Source of the DNA: Octopus vulgaris
Taxonomy: Eukaryota
NCBI GenBank assembly: GCA_951406725.2
Contig: OX597821.1
Location: forward strand, 57,164,001 to 57,228,000
DNA: 64,000 nucleotides
Reading direction: 5' to 3'
A program made the translations under genes and the position numbers. Under the pieces are notes generated by a model. It was not told the origin of the DNA. It made no database searches and saw only the letters and a list, made by a program, of their open reading frames with translations. Below, one piece after another: positions 1 to 12,351 of the stretch (its first letter is position 1; each line of letters opens with the position of its first letter).

Positions 1-178
1 TTCTTCTCTGAAGACCGTTTCCTATTCAGCTCTCTTCAGAGCTTCTTACTACTTTGTACAATTGATACTGTCATCAAATGCAAAAATAAATAACATATGA
101 CAGATGATGTAATGAAGGAATGTAACCCACAACAGACAATATACGAAATAATACATATATTTGTTTAATCCCTCATTG

Positions 179-251
179 AGCAGAGTGGCACAGTTGAAAC
201 CTCCTAGGGCCCATAACCCAGCGGTCCATGGAGTAAGACTATGCTTTGCAA
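179..251 (+). pseudogene. Degenerate initiator tRNA-Met (CAT) copy, either a pseudogene or a SINE head
   Basis: AGCAGAGTGGCACAGTTGAAACCTCCTAGGGCCCATAACCCAGCGGTCCATGGAGTAAGACTATGCTTTGCAA follows eukaryotic tRNA-iMet (AGCAGAGTGGCGCAGCGGAAGCGTGCTGGGCCCATAACCCAGAGGTCGATGGATCGAAACCATCCTCTGCTA). The anticodon arm is intact; the D and T arms are mutated. Confidence 0.8.
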
Positions 252-594
252 AGAAAACAATGCTCTTTTCAATACTTATTCATCATAACTGAGCTGTCAA
301 CAATATACCAACCATATACATAGTCAGGTTGTCAGTGACTAAACTGACAACCCCACCCAGCTTGCTTGGTGAAAAGGAGGATTGTTAGATACCCTGCTGG
401 ATGAAAAATAAAGCCTGTCAAAATGGCAAAGGAACTCATGAGTAGTCATTGGGCATCCAACTATATGTGTATATGTATACACTGATTTATCTTTGTTTTC
501 TTAATCAATTTAATGTATTTAATTCCATATATTAACTGATAAGGCTCCTTAACCATGATGAAGGCATCCTATCTAGGAGAGAGATGCTCTGATA

Positions 595-1101
595 GATATA
601 TGTATGTATGAAGATGTATATATGTATGTATGTGTATATATGTGTGTAAATGTATATATCTATATATGTGTATGTATGTATGTATATATGTGTCTATGTA
701 TATGTATATATGTTTATATGTATGTATGTTTATGTATATATATGTATATGCACATATTTATGTATATGTTTATATATATGATTATGTATATGCATATATT
801 TATGTGTATGTATATATATATGTATATATATATGTTAATATATATATACATGTATGTATATGTATGTGTATGTATGTATATTTATATGTATATATATATG
901 TTTATATATATATATATATGTATATATATTATAAGAAATGAGGTACTCAGAAATCCGGATGGTTTTATATTTACAGATATTAGTATGTTACATGTTTTTA
1001 TACATCATATATCATATATTAACACTTTTGTCCATTCTAGTGGAGTCTTCAAATTGATCCAAGTTTTTGCAGGAATTTTGTGTATATATATATGTATTGA
1101 T

Positions 1102-1132
<31 letters not shown>

Positions 1133-1951
1133 CGTATGAATATGTATGTATATATGAATATGTATGTATATATATGAATATGTATGTACATTTGTATATA
1201 TATATATATAAATTTAAAATGAGGGTGAAAATTGGATATTAATTTGATTAACATCAATTTAAAACCAGTGGTCTAGCATATTAAAATCTGAAGGTTCAGT
1301 AAATTGTATCACATACATATGTATGTATATATATATATACATATGTATGTATATATATATGTATATATGTATGTATGAATATATATGTATATTTGTATGT
1401 ATGAATATATATGTATATTTGTATGTATGAATATATATGTATATTTGTATGTATGAATATATATGTATGTTTGTATGTATGAATATATGTATGTATGTAT
1501 GTATATATGTATGTATGAATATGTATGTATGTATATATGTATGTATGTATATATGTATATATGTATGTATATGTATATGTGTATGTATGTATGTATATAT
1601 ATATATATATATGTATGCATGTATATATGTATGTATGTATATATGTATGTATGTATATATGTATGTATGTATGTATATATGTATGTATGTATGTATATAT
1701 GTATGTATGTATATATGTATATATATATATGTATGTATGTATGTATATATGTATATATATATATGTATGTATATATGTATATATATATATATATATATGT
1801 ATGTATATATGTATATATATATGTATGTATGTATATATGTATATATATATATATGTATGTATGTATATATGTATGTATATATGTCAGGCAGACCAAAGCC
1901 TTGTGAGTGGATTTGGTAGACGGAAACTGAAAGAAGCCCGTCGTATATATG

Positions 1952-2011
<60 letters not shown>

Positions 2012-3120
2012 TGTGTGTGTCTGTGTTTGTCCCCCTAGCATTGCTTGACAACCGCTGCTGGTGTGTTTATGTCCCCGTTACTTAGCGGTTCGGCAAAGGA
2101 GACCGATAGAATAAGTACAGGGATTACAAAAGAATAAGTCCTGGGGTCGAGTTGCTCGATTAAAGGCGGTGCTCCAGCATGGCCGCAGTCAAATGACTGA
2201 AACAAGTAAAAGAGTAAAAGAGATATATATGTATGTATATATGTATATATATATATATGTATGTATGTGTGTGTATGTATGTATGTATGTATGTATGTAT
2301 ATATGTATGTATGTATATATATATATGTATATATGTATGTATATATATATATATATATGTATCTATATATGTATGTATGTATATATATATATGTATATAT
2401 GTATATATATATATGTATCTATATATGTATGTATGTATGTATATATATATATGTATATATGTATGTATGTATATATATATATGTATATATGTATGTATGT
2501 ATATATATATATGTATATATGTATGTATGTATATATATATGTATATATGTATGTATGTATATATATATGTATATATGTATGTATGTATATATATATGTAT
2601 ATATGTATGTATGTATATATATATATGTATATATGTATGTATGTATATATATATGTATATATGTATGTATGTATATATATATATGTATATATGTATGTAT
2701 GTATATATATATGTATATATGTATGTATGTATATATATATATGTATATATGTATGTATGTATATATATATGTATATATGTATGTATGTATATATATATAT
2801 ATGTATGTATATATGTATGTATGTATATATATATATATATATATGTATGTATATATGTATGTATGTATATATATATATATATATATGTATCTATATATGT
2901 ATGTATGTATATATATATATATATATGTATCTATATATGTATGTATGTATATATAATATATATATATATATGTATCTATATATGTATGTATGTATATATA
3001 TATATATATATATGTATCTATATATGTATGTATGTATATATATATATATATATATATATGTATCTATATATGTATGTATGTGTATATGTATATATATATG
3101 TGTGTGTGTCTATATATAGA
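595..3120. repeat. Compound (TA)n/(TATG)n microsatellite field, interrupted by short unique inserts and a SINE
   Basis: Long TA/TATG/TGTA arrays at about 595-930, 1080-1210, 1310-1885, 1945-2010 and 2225-3120. Confidence 0.97.
1885..2222 (+). mobile_element. SINE family A (tRNA-derived, CORE-like), 5'-truncated copy with internal (TA)n
   Basis: Shares gaccaaagccttgtgagtggatttggtagacggaaactgaaagaagcccgtc-(TA)n-...ggtgctccagcatggccgcagtcaaatgactgaaacaagtaaaag with many other copies in the window. Confidence 0.9.
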
Positions 3121-3134
3121 TATATGTTCAGCAG

Positions 3135-3400
3135 GACTCAGTGGTTAGAGTATTTCACTTGAAATTGTAAGGTTGTGAGTTTGATTCCTAGTTGTGCATT
3201 GTGTTCTTGAGCAAGCAATTTTATTTCACGTTGCTCCAGTCCACTCAGCTGTAATTCAAATGGACCAACTTTGTCACACTCTGGGTCATGCTGAATCTCC
3301 CAGAGAACTACATTAAGGTTACAAGTATCTGTCTGTGGGGTGCTCGGCTGTTTGCTTCCATTGATCAGATCAACTGGAACACTCACCATCATAACTGACT
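3135..3400 (+). mobile_element. SINE family D (tRNA head plus CORE-like ttgagcaagacactttatttcacgttgctcc)
   Basis: A/B-box-like head (ctcagtggttagag...gagtttgattcc). Related copies at about 18140-18370, 26750-27080, 41575-41850 and 61610-61880. Confidence 0.75.
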
Positions 3401-4502
3401 TCCAGTCATTGCCAGCCATTTTACATATAGTGTATTGTGTGCATTTTATCCTGGGGCCCCAGCATTAGTGAGATTGCCTCTACTCGCTCCCCCACTCGAC
3501 TTAGAGTCGTAATGATGCTATGTTGTTTCTGTTTGTTAAAGGCAATGTGACTGAAGTGAGTGAATAGAAAAGAAATTGCCAACAGTAGATTCAGAGTAAG
3601 TGACGTGAAATGAGAGAGAGAGTATACTGGAAAGGACAGCAAGAGGGTGATAGAGGAGGGTGTAACAAAAGACAAGCATTGATAGTAGAGAGGGGTGTAA
3701 TGAAAGAGAGAGAGAGAGAGGGGTGAGAGGGAGAGAGATAGTGTTGGTGCAAGAGGGTGTAATGGAAGTAGAGGTGAGAGTAATGAAAGAGACACAATGA
3801 TGGCACAAACTTTTCATGGTTCACAAACTTATTTTATTTTAAGCATTTTATTAATTGATTTATTATTATTATTATTATGTTTTGTAGCTGCAGACCATCA
3901 CTAGTTTCCTTCGATTCTCCTTTGCTTTCTTTTTCTCGACAAAATAGATGACCTTTCTGAAACATTTATGATAGCTGTTTCATAAATGTAATTTATCTTT
4001 CATTTTATGATTTCCACTGGAAATATATGCCCGGGGTTTGCCATTGAGTCATCAATAACAAACTCCTTTTTCAATGCTGGTTTCCATTTTCATTGGATTA
4101 TTGAAAATGGCATTAAAAAAAAAAAATCACAACAGCAGCAGCAGCAGTCAGTACCAACCAGTCAAACAACTAATTTTTTTTTTTTTGGACTTTTTTTTTT
4201 CTGTTTATAATTTTCTGCTAATAAAATTTCCTTGAATCAGTTTTCTATGTAAATAACGTAATTTTTGTTAGAGTTGCTTTGTTATGTGTACTGACAGGAC
4301 ATTTTACCAAGATTAATTGCTTTAATTTCATAGATGGGTCATTAAAACTCCAGCCATTGAATGTTGACAATTGACCAAATCTCTGTTGAACCTCTCAGTC
4401 TTTTTTTTTTTTTTTCTAATTTAAAAGGTCACCTGTTGTATTTATAGCGTCTATTATTGTTGTAGTATTTAATTAATATTAATTAATAACAAATGATGAT
4501 GC

Positions 4503-4539
<37 letters not shown>

Positions 4540-5567
4540 CTTCACAAAGTGTAACACACTTTATAAAATAACCAATTAGAACCAACATCAATTTTGTTGT
4601 CATTGCTATGGTATCATTCAATGAGTTTGGCAGGAGACTCTGCTTCGTCCTCCTCCACCATCACCACCACCTCTACATTCTTCATTCTTTACAGAACTAA
4701 GATGTTTATTACAAAAAGCTAGGTTCCATAGGGACTGGGAGATGATTTGGTTTTGGACAGTTGGAAATCTTTTAGCAATGTTTAATTATACTTTAAACTT
4801 TAGGTTTGTTTGCATATCTGTATCAGGAGACACACATGTGCACGCATGCACACACACACATATGCACGCACATGCGCATCTGTTTTTCATAGTTGAATTT
4901 TTGACAGGCCAAAATTTTCTCAGCAGTTCTTTACCTGTCATAAGGAGCCTTCCTTCCTTCCTCTCTCTCTCTCTCTCATTTCTCAAAAGTTTTTCAATAC
5001 TATTCTTCATTCCCCCCACCACCACCACCTCACTCCACTTAACATATCTGTTTCTTGTTATGTCCCACCCACCCACCCCAACTTAACCCTACCTAACCCC
5101 CTCCACTGCCTTTCCATCTCCACGACAGGTTTGTTTCTGCTTAACCAACTACTCTGCTGCATCCGTCTGCAACACTTTACCGTTTCGTGTATTCCAGCAA
5201 AAGCTAATCTGCAACCATTCAAATTAAATATTCACTCTGCTACCTGAACAAGATTATCCCTACAACACACTTGTAGGATTGTCTCAGAAAGCCATAATCA
5301 TTGCTTCCGCCTTTTGTGCCGCCTCAGATTATAAAGACAAGAAATGCACATTGCAGGTTTCTCCAATAAAATTGAAACCTGTCTTCATCAACATCATCAT
5401 TAAGCTTCTGTATTCCATGCTGGCATGGGTTAGATGGTTTGACATGATATAAAAGTCAAAGGACTATGTTCAACTCCAGTGTCTGTTTTGACATGGTTTC
5501 TGTGGATGGATGCCATATGAATTTGGAACTTATTTTATTAACCAAGCCACCTATCATGTGTGCTTGA

Positions 5568-5876
5568 TGTCAGTACTGCCTGACTGGATCCCATGCCGGT
5601 GGCATGTAAAAAGCACCATTCAAGCGTGGTCAATGCCAGTACCTCCTAACTGGCTCCTGTGCCAGTGGCACATAAAAAAATTACCATTCAAGAGTGGTCG
5701 ATGCCAGTGCCGCCTGAGTGGCTCCTGTGACAGTGACATGTAAAAACCACCATTTGAGCATGGTCAATGGCACTGCTGCCTGACTGGTTCTCGTCGTGGC
5801 ATGAAAAAGCACCATTCTTGTGTGGTCATTGCCAGTGCTACCTGACTGGCACCCATGCTGATGGCATATAAAAAGT
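5568..5876 (+). repeat. Array of about 5 x 66-bp units, the internal repeat of SINE family C
   Basis: Unit approximately tgccagtgccgcctgactggctcctgtgccggtggcatgtaaaaagcaccattcgagcgtggtcga, repeated head-to-tail. Confidence 0.85.
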
Positions 5877-5880
5877 TCTT

Positions 5881-6137
5881 TATTTACATTATTTACATTT
5901 GACGGATATTTGTTAATGTAACGTTTCAGGTGTTTTGGGGAAATTTTAGACCTGAGTTCTCATTCCTAAAGTATATTTCGATGTTTTTATTATTATTATT
6001 ATTATTATTCATGTCACTACCTGGAACTGAACTCGGAATCTTGGGGTTAGTAGCCTGTGCTCTTAACCACTATGCCATATGCCCATGGGCATGTAATAAT
6101 GATAATAATAATAATATCGAAAAATACCTTAAGAATG
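5881..6137 (-). mobile_element. tRNA-headed element with an inverted duplicated segment (fold-back)
   Basis: Minus strand reads GGCATATGGCATAGTGGTTAAGAGCACAGGCTACTAACCCCAAGATTCCGAGTTCAGTTCC (A/B boxes). cattcctaaagtatatttcgat (~5962) is inverted at atcgaaaaataccttaagaatg (~6116-6137). A 14-bp palindrome lies at 6079-6092. Confidence 0.65.
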
Positions 6138-6793
6138 TTTTATGTTTTGTTTGTCATTAGACTATGGCCTTTCTGGGGCACCACCTTGAAGAATTTTAGT
6201 TGAACAAATTGACCCCAGTATTGCTTCTTGTTTAAAAGTCTGGCACTTATTCTGTTGGTCTCTTTTGCTGCACCACTAAGTTATGGGGATGCTCCAGCAT
6301 GGCCGCAGTCTAATGACTGAAACAAGTAAAAGGAAAGAAATTTTTAAAAAAAGTCAAGTTCTGGGTCCGACGTAGTCGATTACCCCCTTCACCCTTCAAG
6401 TTTCAGATCTTGTGCCTATTTTAGAAACTATTAGAAACTATTAACCCTGACATTGTCTCTGGTTCTTCTGTGATATAAACTTCCTGTTTTAAAGCGATTT
6501 GAATTAACCCTCCCCTTTCTCCCCCCCCCATCCCAAGAAGAAATGTTGATTTAGGCTCTGAACTTGATCTTAATTATGACAAAATTATTTTAGCAATTTC
6601 TTTCAAAATTGGACCAAATTAAAGGCAATACATTTCAAAAGAAATTTAACAGCAAAAGCATTTCAATGGTGTTTTGAATTTAGTTTAATGAAAGGATCTT
6701 ACATAGAAATCATAATTTAAATATGGTAATATGGTAACGTTTTAATACTCTCTGTATTAAATATGGTAACATTGTTACCATATTTAACCTGTA

Positions 6794-7023
6794 TTAACCA
6801 TTTTGATACCAACCCAACTGAAACCGCCGCTGGCTCTGTAGTACTAATGTCTTGTTTTCAAAAGTTCTGAATTAAAATCTTCCACCAAACATTAGTCACA
6901 ATTTATGTTCCTAACACTAGCTTAATGATAACAAAGTTATTTTACTAAATTCTTTGTTATATTTAAAATTAACTGAAAGAAACTCAGAGCATCTCAACAG
7001 AAATATGGTAACAAAAAGTTTAA
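6794..7023. mobile_element. piggyBac-like MITE (TTAA-flanked)
   Basis: TTAA-CCATTTTGATACCA ... TGGTAACAAAAAGT-TTAA imperfect TIRs. An older related copy lies at about 6441-6670. Confidence 0.65.
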
Positions 7024-7200
7024 CATTTGTTTTCCATGCTGGCATGGGTTGGGCTGTTTGACAGCTGGTCGGCTGGAGAGCAGCACCAGGCTCCAGTTGC
7101 CTGTTTTGGCATGGTTTTTACAGCTGAATGCCCTTCTTAATGCCAACCACTTTGCAGTGTACTGGTTGCTTTTTACTTGGAACCAGTACCAGTGCTAAAT
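7020..7200 (-). mobile_element. SINE family C, 3' part
   Basis: ttccatgctggcatgggttgg...gcccttcttaatgccaaccac is the reverse complement of the family C tail. Confidence 0.8.
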
Positions 7201-7725
7201 ATGTGGCACCAGCATGAGTGTTTTACATGTGGCACCAGCATGAGTGTTTTTTTTTACATGTGGCACCAGCATGACCGTTTTACATGTGGCACCAGCATGA
7301 CTGTTTTACATGTGGCACCAGCATGACTGTTTTACACGTGGCACCAGCACGAGTGTTTTACACGTGGCACCAGCACGAGTGTTTTACATGTGGCACCAGC
7401 ATGACTGTTTTACATGTGGCACTAGCATAACTGTTTTGCATGTGGCACCAGCATGACTGTTTTACATGTGGTGCCAGCATGGGTGTTTTACACATGGCAC
7501 CAGCATAGGTGCTTTATATGTGGTGCCAACAATGGTACTTTATATGTGGCACCAGCATGGGTGCTTTATATGTGGCACCAACATGGGTGCTTTATACATA
7601 GTGCCAGCACAAATACTTTATACATGATGACAGCATGGGTGCTTTATATGTGATGCTAGCATGGGTGTTAAATATGTGGCACCAGTATGGGTGCTTTATG
7701 TGTGGCACCAGGAAAGGTGCTTCTT
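7165..7725. repeat. 26-bp minisatellite, about 20 units
   Basis: Unit accagcatgactgttttacatgtggc repeated without spacers, degenerating towards both ends. Confidence 0.92.
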
Positions 7726-8851
7726 ACATTTATATATATATTAAATGGTAGTGTGATTTTGAGGTCAGCCTGTATATGATTTGGAGTATTGAATATGTGT
7801 TTCCAATGACTCTGTTAGATCTGCTTTTGTAATAAATGAAGGTTAGCAGTTTCTCTCTAACTGAAAAGCTATATCAAAAGATGGTAAATATTTAGCAAGC
7901 TCTGATATTTAGCAATATCTGCAAATGCAAAAGTACAGCACAACAAGTTAAATTCCTTGGAGGGAATGGAAAAATGCAACATCAATAAAATTAAGATTCA
8001 AAATTGGGAGATACAATAACATCAGAAGAGATTAGTGTGGCACAGAAGAACAGCAGCAACTGGAAAACAGTCAAATATTAATAAAATATCCAACTTTCGA
8101 TCAAAAGTGCTCACAAGTACACACAAACTACTTACTATACAATCTAATAAGATTACAGGTGATTTAGATATAATCATAAAGCTTACAGCAAGGAAAATAG
8201 CATTTTTTCTTCCCTTTCTTCAAATGACAGCATTAATGACTAGTGGAACTGCAGATTTTTAATCTGCTTTCATATTCACTGTTGTTCTGTGTATAATCAG
8301 CCACCGAGAAAAGAATCAAAAGCGAAAGCAGAGAGATGAACAATTCAAAGACTGGCTCCTGATTGATAAAGCCATCATTTTAAAGCATATAATGTGAGAT
8401 GAATTGTTTTTTTTTACCATGTTATAGATTGATTACTGGAAGGCCCTCGAGACTATCCCACATACATAAAGTTTGAAAATATTGAGCATGAACAAAATAG
8501 GGTTACAATTAGGTTGTGCATTATATTGTACATTAGCAATAAATAAAGACACCATTATCTTTATGCTTAAATGCAACAAAACAATCGTAATCCAGATACC
8601 ATGGCAGAAGTGTTCCAGTAAAATTGCTTTCTTCCAGATTGCATCGATATTTCTGACATATTTTTCTGAATCAGAGTAGCTGAATCAGCCATGAGGCCTT
8701 GCAAAGATCTTATACATTGCCCCTTTTCTTCACATAAAAAGGAAATATATGTTGTGGGTTTCTGAAAAAATGAATGATTTTCATTCTGTTGCAGTTGATA
8801 GAGAATTGGAGTTTGGGCTATAAATATTTACAAGGAATTCAATACAAAGGA

Positions 8852-9040
8852 AAGGCAGAATGATTCTGGTAGAATCATTTGCTCATTGGACAAAATGCTT
8901 AGCAGCGTTTCTTCTGGTTTTTTACGTTCTGAGTTCAAATTCCACTATGGTCAACTCTGTCTTTCATCCTTTTAGTGGCAATAAAATAAAGTGCCTGCCA
9001 AACACTGGAGTCGATGTAATCAACTTCTCCCCTTTCTAGT
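8852..9040 (+). mobile_element. SINE family B, diverged copy
   Basis: aaaatgcttagc...ttacgttctgagttcaaattcc...ctttcatcctttt...gtcgatgtaatc matches the young copy at 48879. Confidence 0.8.
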
Positions 9041-9746
9041 CAAAAAGTGCTTTTCTCGAACTCGCCAAAAGACCAGTGTTCCATTCAGAGGGAATGTTGT
9101 AATTACAGTCATTTATACATGTCTTGAAAACTGCCCTTAAGAGTTTTAGGGCCCAAGAAAAAACAAAAAAAAAAACAAACAAAAGCAAAACAAAGAATGG
9201 AATAAAAATATTGCTTTGAGAAGAAGAAAACCTAAAAGAAAAGAAAATGCCAATGTATATTAAATTGGTTCAGTAAATTAGATTGTCAGATGAGAGCAAG
9301 AAGAAACTTAGTTAACAATAAACTTCTTAGGTAACAATAATAAACTGGTGAACTAAAATATATCTGTCAGTAATGTTGTAGATAGATTTATTTGAGAAAT
9401 GAATGAATGGAAACAGATGTTTTGGGTAATAAACACATTAAACAACCAATTAGTTGTAGCTTTAGTGTATAATAAAGTAGAAAAATAACGGGGGTTAACG
9501 AAGGGGCTTGTATATTGTTGCTTGACTTGTTTGAAATAGCAAACAAATTTCCCTTTAATCACACTTTGTTCAATCTTTTCTATATTTTTAAAGAACATAT
9601 TGGATGGTGTAGTCCTTGATAGACTATGTCCAAAGGCAGGGAAGAGCCAGATAGTGGCTAAAAGTATTTGATCGTGTTTTTGCTCAACTAGGTTTCACCT
9701 ATAGTCAGACAACAACCAGAAAATAGAAATAACAGCTACATCTCCC

Positions 9747-9980
9747 TTAACTCATTAGCATGTAAACTGGTCATATCCAGCTTAAATATTTGTCTTGTTT
9801 TATATTCAAACTGGCCCTGGCCCTCTCTGACCTTTCATCCCTACCCTACAATATTATTCTAAAAATAAACAATTGCATCATTGTAATTTTGAAGCTTTGA
9901 GATAATGCATGATTAATTCAAAGCAATGCAAATGAATATGCATTACATTTGACAGAATAATCTGAATGCTTAAGGGTTAA
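9747..9980. mobile_element. piggyBac-like MITE (second family)
   Basis: TTAA-CTCATTAGCAT ... ATGCTTAAGGG-TTAA. A second copy lies at 42036-42251. Confidence 0.75.
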
Positions 9981-9988
9981 ATCATACC

Positions 9989-10395
9989 CAGGGACATGCC
10001 ACCTAGGCAGGCAAGGTAGGCAATGCTTACCTTGAATAAAATAGATCGATAGCAACATTTTCCCTTTATGGCGAAATATGCATGCAATTCAGTAAAATTA
10101 TGAAGGTTACCCTGATTACTATGCAAAAAATACAAAATATTTTATTTTTTTGTAGATTAGGTAGGCATAATTCGCCCCTACCTTTCAATTTCAGTATTTA
10201 AGTTACACATAGTAATGCTGTAGTACACATGCTGCGTACACTCCTACAACACCATTTTCTTTACGTGCTATAAAGGCAAAAGTATGTCTGCCTTCAACTC
10301 AGTTGCATGCTTGTATTTCGTTTATTTTTTGCGTATTTTACTACATAAATGTCACCAACTGCCTACCCTGAGTAATTACTGATGGCACGTGCCTG
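9989..10395. mobile_element. hAT-like MITE with 8-bp target-site duplication
   Basis: TIRs CAGGGACATGCCA / TGGCACGTGCCTG, flanked by a perfect ATCATACC duplication (9981-9988 and 10396-10403). Confidence 0.85.
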
Positions 10396-10712
10396 ATCAT
10401 ACCCTTATTGCCTTCATATTTTAAGGACACATTGAATGATATGGTACTTCATAAACTAAGCTCAGAGAAAAGGGCAGGGAAGAGCCAGATAGTTAAGGCT
10501 AAAAGCCTTTGATTATGCCTTTGCTCAGTCAGATGAGTCTAATAGAGTAAATGTGTAAGATTACAAGAATCATGATGAAAATATCTCAAAGTACCAGGGT
10601 GGGAGAATCCTCTCTACATTGTGGGTTCTCAGTTTAGAGTGGATGCTGATGAACAGGCATTGTCAGTGTTGATCCTCCTGAGCTAAAAAAAAAGCAGTTT
10701 TAAAGATTTGTA

Positions 10713-10757
<45 letters not shown>

Positions 10758-10809
10758 GCACAAGTGACCATCTCATCTTTCTGAAGGTTATTTAGAAGTA
10801 CATAGCATG

Positions 10810-11210
10810 CAGGCACAGCCATGTGGTTAAGCACATCACTTTGCAACCATGTGGTTTCCAGTTCAGTCCCACTGTGTGGCACCTTGAGCAAGTGTTTTCT
10901 GCTATAGTCCTGGGCTAACTGATACTGTGTGAGTGAATTTGGTAGACAAACTATGGTGGAAGCCATTGCTGTGTGTGATGTGTTTTTGTGTCTGTATCTG
11001 CCCCTCCTTACCTGTCCATTCCCCTCCCTCCCCGTGCTTGACAACCACAGTTGGTTTGTTCACCTCCATAACTTAGCAGTTTGGCAATAGAAACTGATAG
11101 AATAAGTAGTAGATTTAAAAATAAGTACTGAGGTTGGTTTGTTCAAGTAAACCCTTCAAGTTGGTGCCCCAGAATGACTGCAGTCAAGTGGCTGAAGCAA
11201 ATAAAAGATA
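10810..11210 (+). mobile_element. SINE family A, old full-length copy
   Basis: Head gcacagccatgtggttaag...gttcagtcccactgtgtggcaccttgagcaagtg and family A tail. An opposite-strand old copy follows at about 11395-11720. Confidence 0.8.
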
Positions 11211-12351
11211 GGCTGAAGATACATTATTTAAACGTGTTCTTTCTTATTCAAGAGAGTCAGATCTTGATTTGGAAGAGATTTAACTGCAAATTCTAGCAGA
11301 TCTAATGATTGCACATGGACTCCCTCATTTAGTACTGGCCAAAACATTTAACAACCAAGGTAGTCCTGATGTGCATAGAAACAATAGGATCATTGGACTG
11401 TGGCCATTCTGGGGGTACTGCCTTCAAAAATTTAGTCAAATAAATCAACCTTAGTATTTTTTCCCCCTTTTTTGAAGTCTGGTGCTTATTCTGTCCATTT
11501 TGCCAAATGACTAAGTTAATTGGACATAAACAAAGCTGTGATGGTGGGGACAAATACACATATGAACTTCCACATAGCTTTTTATCTTCCAAATTCATTC
11601 ACAAAGCATTGGCTGGCCTGAATTTATAGTAGAAGACACCCTAGGTGCTGCACAATGGGACTGAACCAAAAGACACATGGTTGCAAGGGAACTTCTTTAT
11701 GACATAACCATGCCTGTACCGATGTATTAAAACTGTGCAGGAATCATGGCCTCTTTCTCTCTAAAAATACCAAGAACATCTAAAATATGACGAAATTGGT
11801 AAATTTGTTTATTGAACGCCTTTTGCCAATACTCATAAAGACACAAAAGGTGTATGCATGCATCTCAACTGCAATAGAAAACAGGAAGACTGTTAGAACT
11901 TTGTTTACTGAGAACTTACTGAAGCCTTTGCTATGCCTGCTGCATAAAAGAAATGTTGATAATAATAACATAAAAGCATTGAGGAGTTTGTTTATGTCCT
12001 CACCCAGATCAATATCAAAAATATAAAAAAAAAAAGCAAATTGAGCAGTTATATAAATTGCCAAAACAGGTATTGTGTTGCTGGATTGTCTTTAATCAGT
12101 AATTACCCAACCATGAAATAGGGGTGGTTGTAGCTATTTTTAGCTAGGTTGACTGAAGCAAATAAACTATGATGATTTGCTACAACGAGTTTTTGGTTAT
12201 TTTATATTTCTCTTTCTTTCTCTCTCTCTCTTATATGGGAATTGAAACCAAGTTTCTGTTTTGCTGTTGGATAATTTGTCTTTATTGTCATGTTCAGAAA
12301 TAACTTAAATGGCTTAAAACATTGTATACTCTGGGTTGTCTTATATATTTC

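Noticed and set aside
1-45. Hammerhead-like CTGAAGA...GAAACGGTC on the minus strand
   Set aside because: Stem II cannot pair and the motif is cut by the window edge; it is equally explained by a 9-bp inverted repeat.
179-251. Functional tRNA-iMet
   Set aside because: The T-loop/B box and D arm carry several disruptive substitutions; called a pseudogene instead.
604-3162. Long ORFs of 150-316 aa rich in Y/I/M/C/V/H/T (also at 16160-16858, 45882-46644 and 50339-50948)
   Set aside because: These are translations of TA/TG/TATG microsatellites that lack stop codons in several frames on both strands; they are not genes.
5568-5876. Palindromic repeat array resembling CRISPR or attC arrays
   Set aside because: The inter-hairpin sequence is also repeated, and the unit is part of a dispersed SINE.
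7165-7725. CRISPR-like regular repeat
   Set aside because: Units are contiguous with no unique spacers, there are no cas genes, and the context is eukaryotic; it is a minisatellite.
11780-12064. Overlapping 79-aa and 94-aa ORFs in non-repeat sequence
   Set aside because: No recognisable domain, no convincing splice sites and no similarity to the expected neighbouring NBEAL exons.
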